DNA of 64,000 nt from Vulcanimicrobiota bacterium (lineage in GTDB: Bacteria > Vulcanimicrobiota > Vulcanimicrobiia > Vulcanimicrobiales > Vulcanimicrobiaceae). Numbering within the stretch: position 1 is the stretch's first letter; every line of letters begins with the position of its first letter. The stretch is from assembly GCA_963733295.1 (NCBI GenBank), contig CAVTCS010000003.1, forward strand, positions 128,001-192,000, read 5' to 3'. Below are positions 1-9,698 of the stretch, piece by piece. The translations under genes and the position numbers were made by a program. The notes under the pieces are model-generated. The model ran no database searches, was not told the DNA's origin, and was given only the letters and a program-made list of their open reading frames with translations.

Positions 1-2
1 TC

Positions 3-353
3 CATCCGATGTACGACACGCCGTCGGGCAGTTTCGCCTTCACCTTCCGCGACGACGGATTGGGACTCGACCCCGCGAAGATTCGTCAGCGCGCGGTCGA
101 GCTTGGAATCCTGACTGCCGAGCGAGCGCGCAACGTCGACGACTCGGAGGTAGCCGGAGTCATCTTCACGCCCGGTTTTACGACGGTCGACGAGACGACC
201 AGCGAAGCGGGACGCGGAATGGGCATGAACGTCATCAAGCAGCTCGTCGTGGACGAGTGCGCGGGCGAGATCTTGGTCAATTCGGAGGTCGGGCAGTTCT
301 GCGAGTTCAGCTTCGTTCTGCCGGTGCAGGCCCCGGAACTCGCCGCGCGCTAG
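3..353 (+). CDS. cheA: CheA-like histidine kinase, C-terminal HATPase part (5' truncated by window edge)
   Basis: DDGLGLD, IFTPGFTT and GRGMGM (G1/F/G2 boxes) typical of CheA; followed by a receiver protein. Confidence 0.8.
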   Translation, partial: HPMYDTPSGSFAFTFRDDGLGLDPAKIRQRAVELGILTAERARNVDDSEVAGVIFTPGFTTVDETTSEAGRGMGMNVIKQLVVDECAGEILVNSEVGQFCEFSFVLPVQAPELAAR

Positions 354-366
354 TCTCGACTTTCCG

Positions 367-720
367 ATGAGAATGCTCTTAGTCGACGACTCAGACTTCA
401 TGCGTCAGGCGATTCAGCGCACGATCGAACGCCCCGAGGATCAGATTCAGACCGCTTCGAACGGCGTCGAAGCGCTGCGCATCGTCGAATACTTCGATCC
501 CGAGATCGTCACGATGGACATCTCGATGCCGGAGATGGACGGACTCACCTGCATCGAGGGATTGCTGCGGCGCCGGCCGCGCGCGCGCATTCTCGTGATC
601 TCGGCGCTCAAGGACAAACCGACCGCGGTCGAAGCGGTGCGCCGCGGCGCGCAAGGTTTTCTGCTCAAGCCCTTTACGCCCGAAGCGCTGAGCTACGAGA
701 TCAGCGATCTCATCGCCTAG
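367..720 (+). CDS. CheY-like single-domain response regulator
   Basis: LLVDDS, TMDISMPEMDG (phospho-Asp), LKPF; 117 aa. Confidence 0.9.
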   Translation: MRMLLVDDSDFMRQAIQRTIERPEDQIQTASNGVEALRIVEYFDPEIVTMDISMPEMDGLTCIEGLLRRRPRARILVISALKDKPTAVEAVRRGAQGFLLKPFTPEALSYEISDLIA

Positions 721-735
721 GCCGGCGGCGTCTCT

Positions 736-2727
736 CTAGGGCTTGTTGTCGCCGAGGAGACCGAAGTCGCGCGCGATCCGATCTGCGACCGACGGCTCGT
801 CGGGATTTGAGACGATCTCTTCCTCCGCCGGACGTCGCTTGCCGAAGAGGCCGCCGAAAAGTGGACGCTTCGCCTGGGGTTCGGGCGCAATCGGACGGGA
901 AGCCTCATGCGGAATCGGATACGCCCCGCTGCCGTTGACATAGGGTTTGGGGATATTGCCGTTGCCGCTCACCGGAACGATCCGGCCGTTCGTGGGAACG
1001 ATCGCGCCACTGGTCGGCGCCGAGCCGGCGGCGGGCGGGACGGCTGCCGGCGGCGGGACTGCGCCGTTCGGCGGCGGTGAAACGGACGACAGCGGCGGCG
1101 GGGCCGTGGCGTAGCCGGGAGGCGGATTGGCGGGCGCTTTGAAGGGCGCGTCGACGCCGGTCGGCGTGGTCGGCAGTCCGGGAGTTCCCGTGCCGTTCGT
1201 GTGCACGCCGTTACCGTTCGCGTAGTTCCCGTTCAGAGCGCCCGGATATTGGCGTGCAGCGAGTTCGCGTTCGATGCGCTCGCGCACTTCGCGCTCGATC
1301 TGTTCGCGTTGCAGGCGCCCTTCGTCGCTCCGCGCCGCGTCGGCGCGAGCGGCTTCCATCCGTTCGCGTTCCTGGCGTTCGCGGTCGACGCGCTCCCGCT
1401 CGGCGCGCTCGTAATCGAGGCGCTCCAACAGAAGCCGCTGATCGCGCTCGCGCTGGAGGCGTTCCTGTTCTTCGCGCTGTTGCAGCATTCGCTGCTGCTC
1501 GGCCCGTTCGCGTTCGAAACGTTCTTGCAATTCGCGCTGCTCGCGCTCGTGCGCCGCCGCGAGCTCGCGCTCTTGCTGCGCCCGAGCCTGTTCGGCGCGT
1601 TCGCGAGCGATGCGCTCTTGCTCGAAGCGCTCGCGGGCTTCCCGTGCGACACGCTCTTGCTCGGCGCGCTGCAGCTCGGCGGCCTCGCGTTGCCGGCGTT
1701 CTTCTTCGGCGCGTTCGCGGCGTTCGATCTCGGCGCGTTCGCGCTGCAAACGTTCGAGCTCGGCCCGTTCGCGTTCCTGACGCTCGACCTCGGCCCGCTC
1801 GCGTTCCTGTCGCTCCAGCTCGGCCCGCTCGCGTTCGTGCCGCTCGCGCTCGACCCGCTCGCGTTCCTGCCGCTCGCGTTCGGCTCGCATCTGGGCCTGC
1901 TGTTGTTCGTCGGCTATCAGCGCTGCCAACAGGCGCTCCTGTTCGATGCGTTCGCGCGCGATCGAATCTTCGCGGGTGCGCAGTTCGACGATGCGCGCTT
2001 CGAGTTCTTGCCGCGCTTGACCGCGCGCGTCGCGCAAGCGCTGCACGGCTGCCGCATGTTCGCCCGCCAGCCGTTGCTGGTGGAGGTCGTAGAGGGCGAC
2101 GGCGTTCACCGCGAGTTCGAGCGCGCGCTCGGTGCGCTCGATTTCGGCGCCGATCGCTCCCACGTGCTCGTCAGCGACGCGGCGGTCGGACGCAGAACGG
2201 GCGACGATGTCGCGCTCCGCCATGACGTGCGCTTCGAGTTGTGCGCGCTGCTTCGAGAGTTTTTCTTCCTCGAGACGCTCGCCGACCGCGCGCGTCTGCG
2301 CTTGTGCAGCTTCGCGAGCCGAGCGATCCTCGACGAGCAGTTCCCGGTCGGCGCGTTCTTTGTCGCCCGAGCGTTCCGCTTCGATCCGCGCGGCGGCGGC
2401 GAAGGTGGCCGCGGCACGGAATCCCAGCGCTCGTTGTTCGGCTTGCGAGCGGCGCTTGCGCGCCATCTCCTCGGCTTCGATCATTTCGTTGAGCTGGCGC
2501 TCGACGTCGCCGCGATCGAAATCGGTCGCAAAACTGGATGCCGGTTGGTGGCGGTCGTGTGCGGCGTCTTCCGCGTTGCGCAGATCCGCTCTCAGACGTT
2601 CGAGCGTGGCACGCAACGACTCGATCGATGCGACCTGCGCGTTGCGCTCGTCGAGAGCACGTCGCCCTTCGGCGCTCAGCCCTTGCAGCTGCGCCTCGAT
2701 CGCCGAGACATTTTCGCGCTCAACCAT
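736..2727 (-). CDS. Long E/R/Q-rich coiled-coil protein with Pro-rich C-terminal region
   Basis: 663 aa ORF with 10-aa ERERAELERQ-type repeats; start overlaps the stop of the upstream gene. Confidence 0.75.
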   Translation of the reverse strand: MVERENVSAIEAQLQGLSAEGRRALDERNAQVASIESLRATLERLRADLRNAEDAAHDRHQPASSFATDFDRGDVERQLNEMIEAEEMARKRRSQAEQRALGFRAAATFAAAARIEAERSGDKERADRELLVEDRSAREAAQAQTRAVGERLEEEKLSKQRAQLEAHVMAERDIVARSASDRRVADEHVGAIGAEIERTERALELAVNAVALYDLHQQRLAGEHAAAVQRLRDARGQARQELEARIVELRTREDSIARERIEQERLLAALIADEQQQAQMRAERERQERERVERERHERERAELERQERERAEVERQERERAELERLQRERAEIERRERAEEERRQREAAELQRAEQERVAREARERFEQERIARERAEQARAQQERELAAAHEREQRELQERFERERAEQQRMLQQREEQERLQRERDQRLLLERLDYERAERERVDRERQERERMEAARADAARSDEGRLQREQIEREVRERIERELAARQYPGALNGNYANGNGVHTNGTGTPGLPTTPTGVDAPFKAPANPPPGYATAPPPLSSVSPPPNGAVPPPAAVPPAAGSAPTSGAIVPTNGRIVPVSGNGNIPKPYVNGSGAYPIPHEASRPIAPEPQAKRPLFGGLFGKRRPAEEEIVSNPDEPSVADRIARDFGLLGDNKP

Positions 2728-5700
2728 CGATGACGTCGTCCAGTGCGTGTTTACCGTTGCTCGACGGCGCTTGTAGCGGAGGCGCCGAGAGCGGCGAGGG
2801 CCCGATCCGCACTCGTATCGGCGGCCGTGCGGGTCGCAGGGAGATCGTCACACGCTGTCCCGGAGGAGAATGACTCCCCGAGAATGGCGGAGACGAGGAC
2901 TCTTTTTGTTCTGCGCCGGCGGCTCCACGTACTGCCTGATCGGCGGTCGCTTCCTGACTCTCTCTAAAGGAAGGCAGCGAGGGTATGCCACCTGGGCCCA
3001 GGGGCAGTGGAGCGGTCTGTAGCGGGAGCGGCGTGGCTAGCGGTGGCGCTGCCTGAGCTGGTGCCTGGGGGACGGCCGACTCCGGTCGCGCGGACTCTGC
3101 CTGTACCAAGCCGGGCTGCACGGCGAGCTGCGAAACCGGGGCGCTGTAAGCCGGCGGGCTGTACGCCGGCACTTCGAAACGGGGCTCTTGGTACGACTGT
3201 TGCGCTGCCGTCGAGGGCGGTTGGGTCCGTGTCTCGGGCGGCATGCTCGAGCCGAAGCTTGCAGCAGGCTGTTCGGGTCGCGCGTATTCCGGCGGCAACG
3301 CCCTGTCGTCTCGCGTCGGCGGCATCGCAATCGGCTGCGAAGGCGGGCTCGCCGGGGGCGGCGTCCCGAAAGGCGTCACGGGCGGGAGCGGCTGCGAGCC
3401 GAAGGGCGGCGGCGAGGCGGCCCGCTCCGGGGCGGGCGGTGGCGGCGCGAACGGCGGAGAAGCGGCGGCCGGCGCCGCAGGTGCTGGGAACCGTGGAGCG
3501 AGCTCGGGGGCCGGAGGCGGAGGAACCGGCGCCTGCGCGATCGGAGGCGGCGGCGGCGCAATCGGTCCTTGTGCGACCGGCGGGGGCGGAGCGATCCGCA
3601 CTTGCGCGACCGGCGGGGGCGGAGCGATCCGCACTTGCGCGACCGGCGGGGGCGGAGCGATCGGTGCTTGCGCGACCGGCGGGGGCGCGGGCGATTGCGT
3701 GAGCTGCGGCCGGGAGGGTGGCTGCGAGATGCTGGTGTGGATGGTGACGGGCGCGCCCGGCGGGCGAACTGGAGCCGGCGGGGGCACTTGCGCCGACGGC
3801 GGCGCGTATGCCGTGGGTGGGGGCGCCTGCGCCGGCTGCGCTGCGGCGTGCTGGTTTAGCGGGGGGAGAGGTTCCTCCGCAGGGATCCAGCCCGCCATCT
3901 CGGGAGGCGGCCCTTCCTGCGGCGTCGTGATGGCGCGCGCAAAGTCATCGTCAAAGGACTTCGGAATCAGCCAGCCCTCGAGCTCGGGCGCGGAAGAGTG
4001 CGGCGTCTCGGCCAACGTGAATCCGCCGATCGTCGCCTGGTACGGTGCGGCGGGTGGCGGCGCAGCAGGCGGCGGAGCGTAGGCGGGTTGCGGTGCGGCA
4101 GCTGCAGGCTGCGCGTACGATGGCGGCGGCGAGGCGTACGGTGAGTGCGCCGGGGGTGGAACGTATGGCGGCAACGGTGCGGCCGCGGCCGGAGGAAGTT
4201 GCGGGTACGACGGGAGCGCGCGTCCGGCTACGAACGGATCCGCGTCGATCGAGACCGGCGCGTCGAGTGGGGCCGCCGCCGCACGCTGCCCGTGTTCGTA
4301 GAAGCCGGGCGGGCGTTCGGGTTCCCGCACGGGGACGACCGGCTCGGGTTCGGGGTCCGCGAAGAGCGCCGCCGACTGTTCGGCTAAACGCTTCTTCGTT
4401 TCGAGAATTTCGGCAGCCAGTTGTTCGGGCGACCCCGTGCGTTGCATGACGACCGCGAGGTCTCCGCTGCCGCGCGGCGGAGGCGCGTAGAAGCCGGACG
4501 TTTGCGGCTCGTCTTGCGCCGGCGCATCAGCCGGCGGCAAGGTGCGCAGGCGCCCGCGCCCCGCGTAATAGACGTTTGCCGCGCGCGCCAGGGTGAGCAG
4601 CGTCCGCAAAGGCGGTGAGAGCACGTCGACGAGGCGCTCCCGCAGGTTCCCGTCGGAGAACCAGCGGTCGATGACCTGCCAGAAGACCACGCCCATGATA
4701 ATTGCGATTGCGCCCGCGTTGGCGGCAGCGCCTTCTGGTCCAATCGAATGAAGCGCAAGTTGCCGGGTCAGGAACGAGGTCACCGGGTCGGCGATCAGCG
4801 AGATGGCAAACGAAGCGGCCGCGAGCATGCCAAAAATGCGAAGTCCGAAGACCCGTTCGATCACTCCGAAGAACCCGACTCCGACGAGCAAGAAGAAGAG
4901 TGCGACCTGCCAGGCGGGGTTGATGGAGTAGATTGCAGGCTGGCCGGCAGCTCCCGGGAGCGCGGAGAGCGCGGGCTCGAGATAGACCGCGATGACCCCG
5001 GCGACGAGCGCGAGCGGAAGAGCCAGCCGCTCGATCCGGTGGCGCTGCGCCCGGATGTCGGCGGCGAGGATGCCCAGCATGAACGCGGGCAGGACACCTA
5101 CACCGGCGCCGTGAGCCGGCGTAAAGAGGTCCAAAATCCAAAAAGCGGCCGTCGCGCCGAAGAAGATCAGCGGCCAGCGCACCCAAAGCAGTACGAGGAA
5201 CGGGAAAAGGACGTACCAGCGCATCGTGAGCGCCAGGGACCAAAAACCATCGTTCGGGATCGCGTTGCCGGCGAACAGAGCCTGGCGCACGATGTCGCCC
5301 CGATTCGGGACGGCCCCTTCCAGTGGGACGAGGGATAACTGCGTCGCCAGGAGCGGCACGAGAACCATCAGGGCGATGGCCACGTAATACGTTGGAACGA
5401 TCCGCAGGATGCGCTTGAGAGCATAGCGCGAGACGTCCAGGTAGGTGTGACCCTCCTGGTGGACGAGGGTCAGGATCGGGTAGGCGAGCGCGAACCCCGA
5501 TATGACGAAAAAGAGGTCCAGGCCGTGGGCGCAGGCACGGTAGACGGCGGCCACTTCGGGCCTGGCGTGCGCGGCGAGGTTCGCATGCTTAGCCACCTCT
5601 GCGACCAAGACCGCCAAAATGGCGAGCGAGCGCAGTCCGTCGAGGTATCCAAAACGCTCGCGGACGACATCGCTCGACGGGATTTCCTCGCGTGCGAGGA

Positions 5701-5731
5701 CCCCGCCATCGTGGAGTTCGAGGCTCACCAT
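2720..5731 (-). CDS. Acyltransferase-3 (OafA/YrhL-like) membrane domain fused to a ~600-aa Pro-rich disordered tail
   Basis: YLDGLRSLAIL, GLDLFFVISGF, KRILRIVPTYY, FWSL motifs; AGGAG RBS before ATG. Confidence 0.85.
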   Translation of the reverse strand: MVSLELHDGGVLAREEIPSSDVVRERFGYLDGLRSLAILAVLVAEVAKHANLAAHARPEVAAVYRACAHGLDLFFVISGFALAYPILTLVHQEGHTYLDVSRYALKRILRIVPTYYVAIALMVLVPLLATQLSLVPLEGAVPNRGDIVRQALFAGNAIPNDGFWSLALTMRWYVLFPFLVLLWVRWPLIFFGATAAFWILDLFTPAHGAGVGVLPAFMLGILAADIRAQRHRIERLALPLALVAGVIAVYLEPALSALPGAAGQPAIYSINPAWQVALFFLLVGVGFFGVIERVFGLRIFGMLAAASFAISLIADPVTSFLTRQLALHSIGPEGAAANAGAIAIIMGVVFWQVIDRWFSDGNLRERLVDVLSPPLRTLLTLARAANVYYAGRGRLRTLPPADAPAQDEPQTSGFYAPPPRGSGDLAVVMQRTGSPEQLAAEILETKKRLAEQSAALFADPEPEPVVPVREPERPPGFYEHGQRAAAAPLDAPVSIDADPFVAGRALPSYPQLPPAAAAPLPPYVPPPAHSPYASPPPSYAQPAAAAPQPAYAPPPAAPPPAAPYQATIGGFTLAETPHSSAPELEGWLIPKSFDDDFARAITTPQEGPPPEMAGWIPAEEPLPPLNQHAAAQPAQAPPPTAYAPPSAQVPPPAPVRPPGAPVTIHTSISQPPSRPQLTQSPAPPPVAQAPIAPPPPVAQVRIAPPPPVAQVRIAPPPPVAQGPIAPPPPPIAQAPVPPPPAPELAPRFPAPAAPAAASPPFAPPPPAPERAASPPPFGSQPLPPVTPFGTPPPASPPSQPIAMPPTRDDRALPPEYARPEQPAASFGSSMPPETRTQPPSTAAQQSYQEPRFEVPAYSPPAYSAPVSQLAVQPGLVQAESARPESAVPQAPAQAAPPLATPLPLQTAPLPLGPGGIPSLPSFRESQEATADQAVRGAAGAEQKESSSPPFSGSHSPPGQRVTISLRPARPPIRVRIGPSPLSAPPLQAPSSNGKHALDDVIDG
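3568..3690. repeat. 33-bp coding tandem repeat, ~3.7 copies (IAPPPPVAQVR)
   Basis: CTTGCGCGACCGGCGGGGGCGGAGCGATCCGCA-like units start at 3568, 3601, 3634, 3667. Confidence 0.9.
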
Positions 5732-5741
5732 GCTCCTGTTG

Positions 5742-5770
5742 TTATCGGCGGCCCACGTAGGCGAGGTGAA
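5742..5770 (-). promoter_or_regulatory. Putative sigma28 (FliA/SigD) promoter
   Basis: Minus strand (T)TCAC-N16-GCCGATAA; the -10 matches the sigma28 consensus exactly and lies 10 nt before the ATG at 5731; the -35 is imperfect. Confidence 0.55.
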
Positions 5771-5992
5771 CCATACAGCCGAGCAAGCGTGCAGCGTTAC
5801 CGGTTTTTAGGGGACTCGATTCTTTCAGGACCTCCCGCGCGGCCACCCTCCGCGAGAACGCAATGGTGACGGCCCCGGGCTATTGACCCAACGTATCTGG
5901 GACTAGCACACTTTGCGAGTGACGCGCGTCGCAAGCGTTTCGTACATTTCGAAAACTTCACTACTTAACTAAAATTTATCGTAAGCTTGCTC

Positions 5993-6066
5993 GCCCGCCA
6001 AGGGAGTCCCCTTGCGGGGCCCGGGACGGACGTGGGTCGTGCCCGCGGGGGACTCCGTTGCGGAGC
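5993..6066. repeat. Two quasi-palindromic 26-28 nt units separated by 20 nt; can also fold as one long hairpin
   Basis: GCCCGCCAAGGGAGTCCCCTTGCGGGGC (5993-6020) and GCCCGCGGGGGACTCCGTTGCGGAGC (6041-6066); GGAGTCCCC 6003-6011 is complementary to GGGGACTCC 6048-6056. Confidence 0.6.
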
Positions 6067-6242
6067 CTTGGTATCCGAACACGACGCTGTCGGTCGATCG
6101 TTCCACGCATGCTGCAGTACCTCGCGGATAGGGCGACCTCGAGTACGACGCCAACGGCGGTTATGACGTAAGCAGCTCAGCCGGGACCAAACAGCAACGC
6201 CAGTGCCAGGGTGGTGGCACGGTGGCGGCCGATGATGATGAC

Positions 6243-9200
6243 ATGAGTCCCGCCTCTTCGGCTGCGCCGCGCTACTCCCCGAGCGATCTCGTCGATTTCC
6301 TGGCTTGCGAGCACCTCGCCGGTCTCAATCGTTTGGTTGCGCAGCGCGAGCTGGAACGTCCCGCGCCCTCACTCGAGGAGCAACTCGTTGCGCGTAAGGG
6401 CGATGCGCACGAAATCGCGTACCTCGAGCGACTGCGAAACGAGGGCCGCGACGTCGTCTCGATCGAGCGTGGCGTCGGTTACGAAGGACAACGCGTCGCC
6501 GCCCTCGCGACGCTCGCTGCGCTGCGCGCGGGAGTCGAAGTCGTACACGGCGCGACCTTTGCCGAAGAAGCCTTCGCGGGCGTCGCGGATTTCCTCGTCC
6601 GCGTCCCGGGTGCGTCGGAATTCGGCGCTTGGCAATACGAAGTCGAAGACGCGAAGTTGGCCCGCCGCGCGCGCGCCGGAACGATCGTGCAACTCTGCGC
6701 GTATTCCGAAGCGCTCGAGCGCCTCCAAGGCGTCGCTCCGGTGTCGATGCATGCAATCCTCGGCGACGGCCGGCGCGAGAGTTTTCGCTACGCCGACTTT
6801 AACGCGCACTATCGTAACGTCGTGGCGCGTTTTCGGGCGCGCTGCGGCGCAGCACTGCCTTATCCGGAACCGGTCGAGGCGTGCAACCGATGCCGTTGGA
6901 GCGAGCGCTGCGAGGCGCGGCGGCGCGTCGACGACCACGTAAGCCTCGTGGCAGGCGTGCGCCGCAGTCAGATGCACAAACTGGCCGAAGCGGGCGTGAC
7001 GACCGTCGCGGCGCTGGCGGAAGCTCCGAGCCTCGTGCCGCGGCGCGGCGTGGAGCTGCGGACGTTCGAGAAGCTTCGCGCGCAGGCACGCCTTCAAGTC
7101 GAGGCCCGCCGGACGGGGCGTCCCGCGTACGAGTTTCTTCCTTTTGAAAAGGATCGTGGCTTCGAGCTGCTCCCCGTCGCCGACGCGGGCGACGTCTACT
7201 TCGATATGGAGGGCGACCCTTTCTACGACGGAGGCAGCCTGGAGTATCTCTTCGGTGTCGCTTACCTCGATGAAGGAACGCGTGAGTTCGCGCCATTCCT
7301 CGGTCACGACCGGGCCGGCGAGAAGAAGGCCTTCGAAGACTTCGTCGACTGGGTCGTCGCGCGCCGCGTTCGCTTTCCCGGCCTGCACGTCTATCACTAC
7401 GCAACGTACGAGGAGACCGCGCTCAAGCGTCTGGCTAGCACGCACGTCACGCGGGAGACGGAAATCGACACGTTCTTGCGCGAAGGTGTGCTGGTCGATC
7501 TCTACGAGGTCGTACGCCAATCGTTGCGCGCGTCGTTCGAAAGCCTTTCCCTCAAGAAGATCGAGCAGTTCTACCGCGGCGAACGCGCAGCCGGCGTCAC
7601 GAGCGCGATGGGCTCGGTCGTGGCCTACGAAGGGTATCTGGAAACGCACGACGAGCACGAGCTCGAGCGCATCATCGCGTACAACCGCGACGATTGCAAC
7701 TCGACGCTCGAGTTGCATCGCTGGCTGCTGGAGCGAAGAGCCGAAGCCGAGGAGTCGCAGGACGTCGCGCTTCCGTGGCGGCCGGCGATTCCACCCGAAC
7801 CCGAAAGAAACGATCCCGAACTCGACGGTCTTGCCGCGCAACTGGCGAGCGGTGTCGACGACCCCGAGCGTGCCGAGACCGACGATCGCGCGCGCTGGCT
7901 CGCGGCGCAGCTTCTGGTCTATCATCGGCGCGAAGCCAAACCCGAGTGGTGGGCCTATTTCGAGCGCATGCGCCGGAAAATGCTCGAAGATCTGGTCGAG
8001 GATCGGCAGTCGATCGGAAATCTCCGTTCGAGCGGCGAGCCGCCCCGGCCCCTGGACCGATCGCTGGCGCACGTGCTCCTCTTCGACCCGCAAGAGCACA
8101 AGCTGAAAGCCGGGATGCACGTTCACGATCGCTTGACGGGAAAGGGCGCCGGAGAGATCCTGGCGCTCGACGATCTCAACGGCCGCCTGACGCTCAAGCG
8201 AGGTCCATCGCTGAGCGAGGTCCCGTTGCCCCTGGCGATCTGCGCGGCCGGCCCGCTCAACAACGACAAACAGCGCGACGCGCTTCTGCGCTTCGGGCGG
8301 GCCTACGCGAACGACGGGGCGCGAACGCGCTATCGCGCCCTCCGCGATCTCTTGCGCGCCGATTCGCCACGCGTTCTGGGGCTCGCGCCGGGCGAGCAAC
8401 TCGACGACGGCGATACCTCGCCCGCTAAGCTGGCAGCACTCGCGGCCCGTCTGGACGAGAGCTATCTTTTCGTGCAAGGTCCGCCGGGCTCGGGCAAGAC
8501 CTACACCGGGGCGCGCGCGATCGTCAAGCTGCTCGCGGCCGGGATGCGTGTCGGCGTTTCGGCGACGAGCCACAAAGCAATCCACAATATGCTCCGCGAG
8601 ATCGAGCGCGCCGCGGGAGAGCAGCGCTTCGAGTTTGCCGGCATGAAGAAAAGCTCGGCGGCCCACGCGGACAGCGCCTACGAATCGGAATCGGGGTTCA
8701 TCGATTGCAGCGACGACGTAGCCGATTGTTTGCCCAGCGGGCGCATCAGCCTCGTTGCGGGAACGGCCTGGCTCTTCGCAAACGGCCAACTCGACGGTTC
8801 GCTCGACGCGCTCGTCATCGACGAAGCCGGTCAGGTCGCCCTCGCCGACGCGATCGCGATGGGAACTTCGGCGCGCAACCTGATCTTGCTCGGCGATCCG
8901 ATGCAGTTGGCGCAAGTTTCTCAGGGAAATCATCCCGCATTCGCGGGGACTTCGGTACTCGAGCACCTCTTGGGAGAAAACACGGCGACGGTCTTGCCGA
9001 GTCGCGGCCTGTTCCTGCCGCGTACCTACCGCATGCATCCCGAGATCTGTCGCTTCGTTTCGGAACTTTCATACGACGGGCGGCTCGTTGCGGCGCCGGG
9101 CTGCGCGCAGCAACGCGTCGCGCCGCGAGCCGGCGCGGCGCTGCTCGGTGGTGCGGGTCTGCGCTACCTCGCGGTCGAGCATGAGGGGAACGTGCAATCC

Positions 9201-9698
9201 TCGCCGGAGGAGGCCGATGCGATCGTAGACGCGGTCAACGACTTCGCGGGCGGCAGCGTCATCGACTCGAACGGTGACGAGTCGGTTCTCGATCAGCACC
9301 ACATTCTCGTCGTCACGCCGTACAACGCCCAGGTGAAGGTTTTGCGCGAAAAGCTGGACGCCGCAGGTTTGGCGGGCGTTCGCGTCGGGACCGTCGACAA
9401 ATTTCAGGGACAAGAGGCGCCGGTCGTGTTCTTCTCGATGACTTCCTCGCGCGGCGACGACCTGCCGCGCGGCCTCGAGTTTCTCTTCGATCGCAACCGT
9501 CTCAACGTCGCCGTTTCGCGCGCTCGTGCGCTCGCAGTCCTGGTCTGCACGCCGACGCTGCTCGATACTCACGGCAGCAGCGTCGAACAACTCCGCATGC
9601 TCAACGCGGTTTGCCGCTTCGTCGAATCGAGTGGAGGCCTTTCGCTCTTGCCAGGAAGGGAGCCGGAACTTGCGAACGCGCTCGGAGCGGGCGATTAG
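6243..9698 (+). CDS. TM0106-family RecB-like nuclease / RNase H-like / SF1 helicase fusion
   Basis: N-terminal PD-(D/E)XK-like ADFL..EVEDAK with Cys motifs (LACEH, CNRCRWSERC); FDMEGDP and YNRDDC exonuclease-like motifs; helicase motifs GPPGSGKT, DEAGQ, YRMHP, TVDKFQGQE, NRLNVAVSRAR; start could be 6222. Confidence 0.9.
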   Translation: MSPASSAAPRYSPSDLVDFLACEHLAGLNRLVAQRELERPAPSLEEQLVARKGDAHEIAYLERLRNEGRDVVSIERGVGYEGQRVAALATLAALRAGVEVVHGATFAEEAFAGVADFLVRVPGASEFGAWQYEVEDAKLARRARAGTIVQLCAYSEALERLQGVAPVSMHAILGDGRRESFRYADFNAHYRNVVARFRARCGAALPYPEPVEACNRCRWSERCEARRRVDDHVSLVAGVRRSQMHKLAEAGVTTVAALAEAPSLVPRRGVELRTFEKLRAQARLQVEARRTGRPAYEFLPFEKDRGFELLPVADAGDVYFDMEGDPFYDGGSLEYLFGVAYLDEGTREFAPFLGHDRAGEKKAFEDFVDWVVARRVRFPGLHVYHYATYEETALKRLASTHVTRETEIDTFLREGVLVDLYEVVRQSLRASFESLSLKKIEQFYRGERAAGVTSAMGSVVAYEGYLETHDEHELERIIAYNRDDCNSTLELHRWLLERRAEAEESQDVALPWRPAIPPEPERNDPELDGLAAQLASGVDDPERAETDDRARWLAAQLLVYHRREAKPEWWAYFERMRRKMLEDLVEDRQSIGNLRSSGEPPRPLDRSLAHVLLFDPQEHKLKAGMHVHDRLTGKGAGEILALDDLNGRLTLKRGPSLSEVPLPLAICAAGPLNNDKQRDALLRFGRAYANDGARTRYRALRDLLRADSPRVLGLAPGEQLDDGDTSPAKLAALAARLDESYLFVQGPPGSGKTYTGARAIVKLLAAGMRVGVSATSHKAIHNMLREIERAAGEQRFEFAGMKKSSAAHADSAYESESGFIDCSDDVADCLPSGRISLVAGTAWLFANGQLDGSLDALVIDEAGQVALADAIAMGTSARNLILLGDPMQLAQVSQGNHPAFAGTSVLEHLLGENTATVLPSRGLFLPRTYRMHPEICRFVSELSYDGRLVAAPGCAQQRVAPRAGAALLGGAGLRYLAVEHEGNVQSSPEEADAIVDAVNDFAGGSVIDSNGDESVLDQHHILVVTPYNAQVKVLREKLDAAGLAGVRVGTVDKFQGQEAPVVFFSMTSSRGDDLPRGLEFLFDRNRLNVAVSRARALAVLVCTPTLLDTHGSSVEQLRMLNAVCRFVESSGGLSLLPGREPELANALGAGD

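Noticed and set aside
1201..2733. 510-aa plus-strand ORF and many other long overlapping ORFs (e.g. 6369-9038 minus, 40721-42211 minus)
   Set aside because: Antisense or alternate-frame shadows of motif-bearing genes, expected at high GC
3568..3690. 33-bp repeats as a CRISPR array
   Set aside because: Head-to-tail with no spacers, in frame inside a Pro-rich CDS
5993..6066. Repeat-spacer-repeat as a true CRISPR array
   Set aside because: Only two divergent units and no cas1/cas2 or effector genes; kept only as a structured-leader candidate
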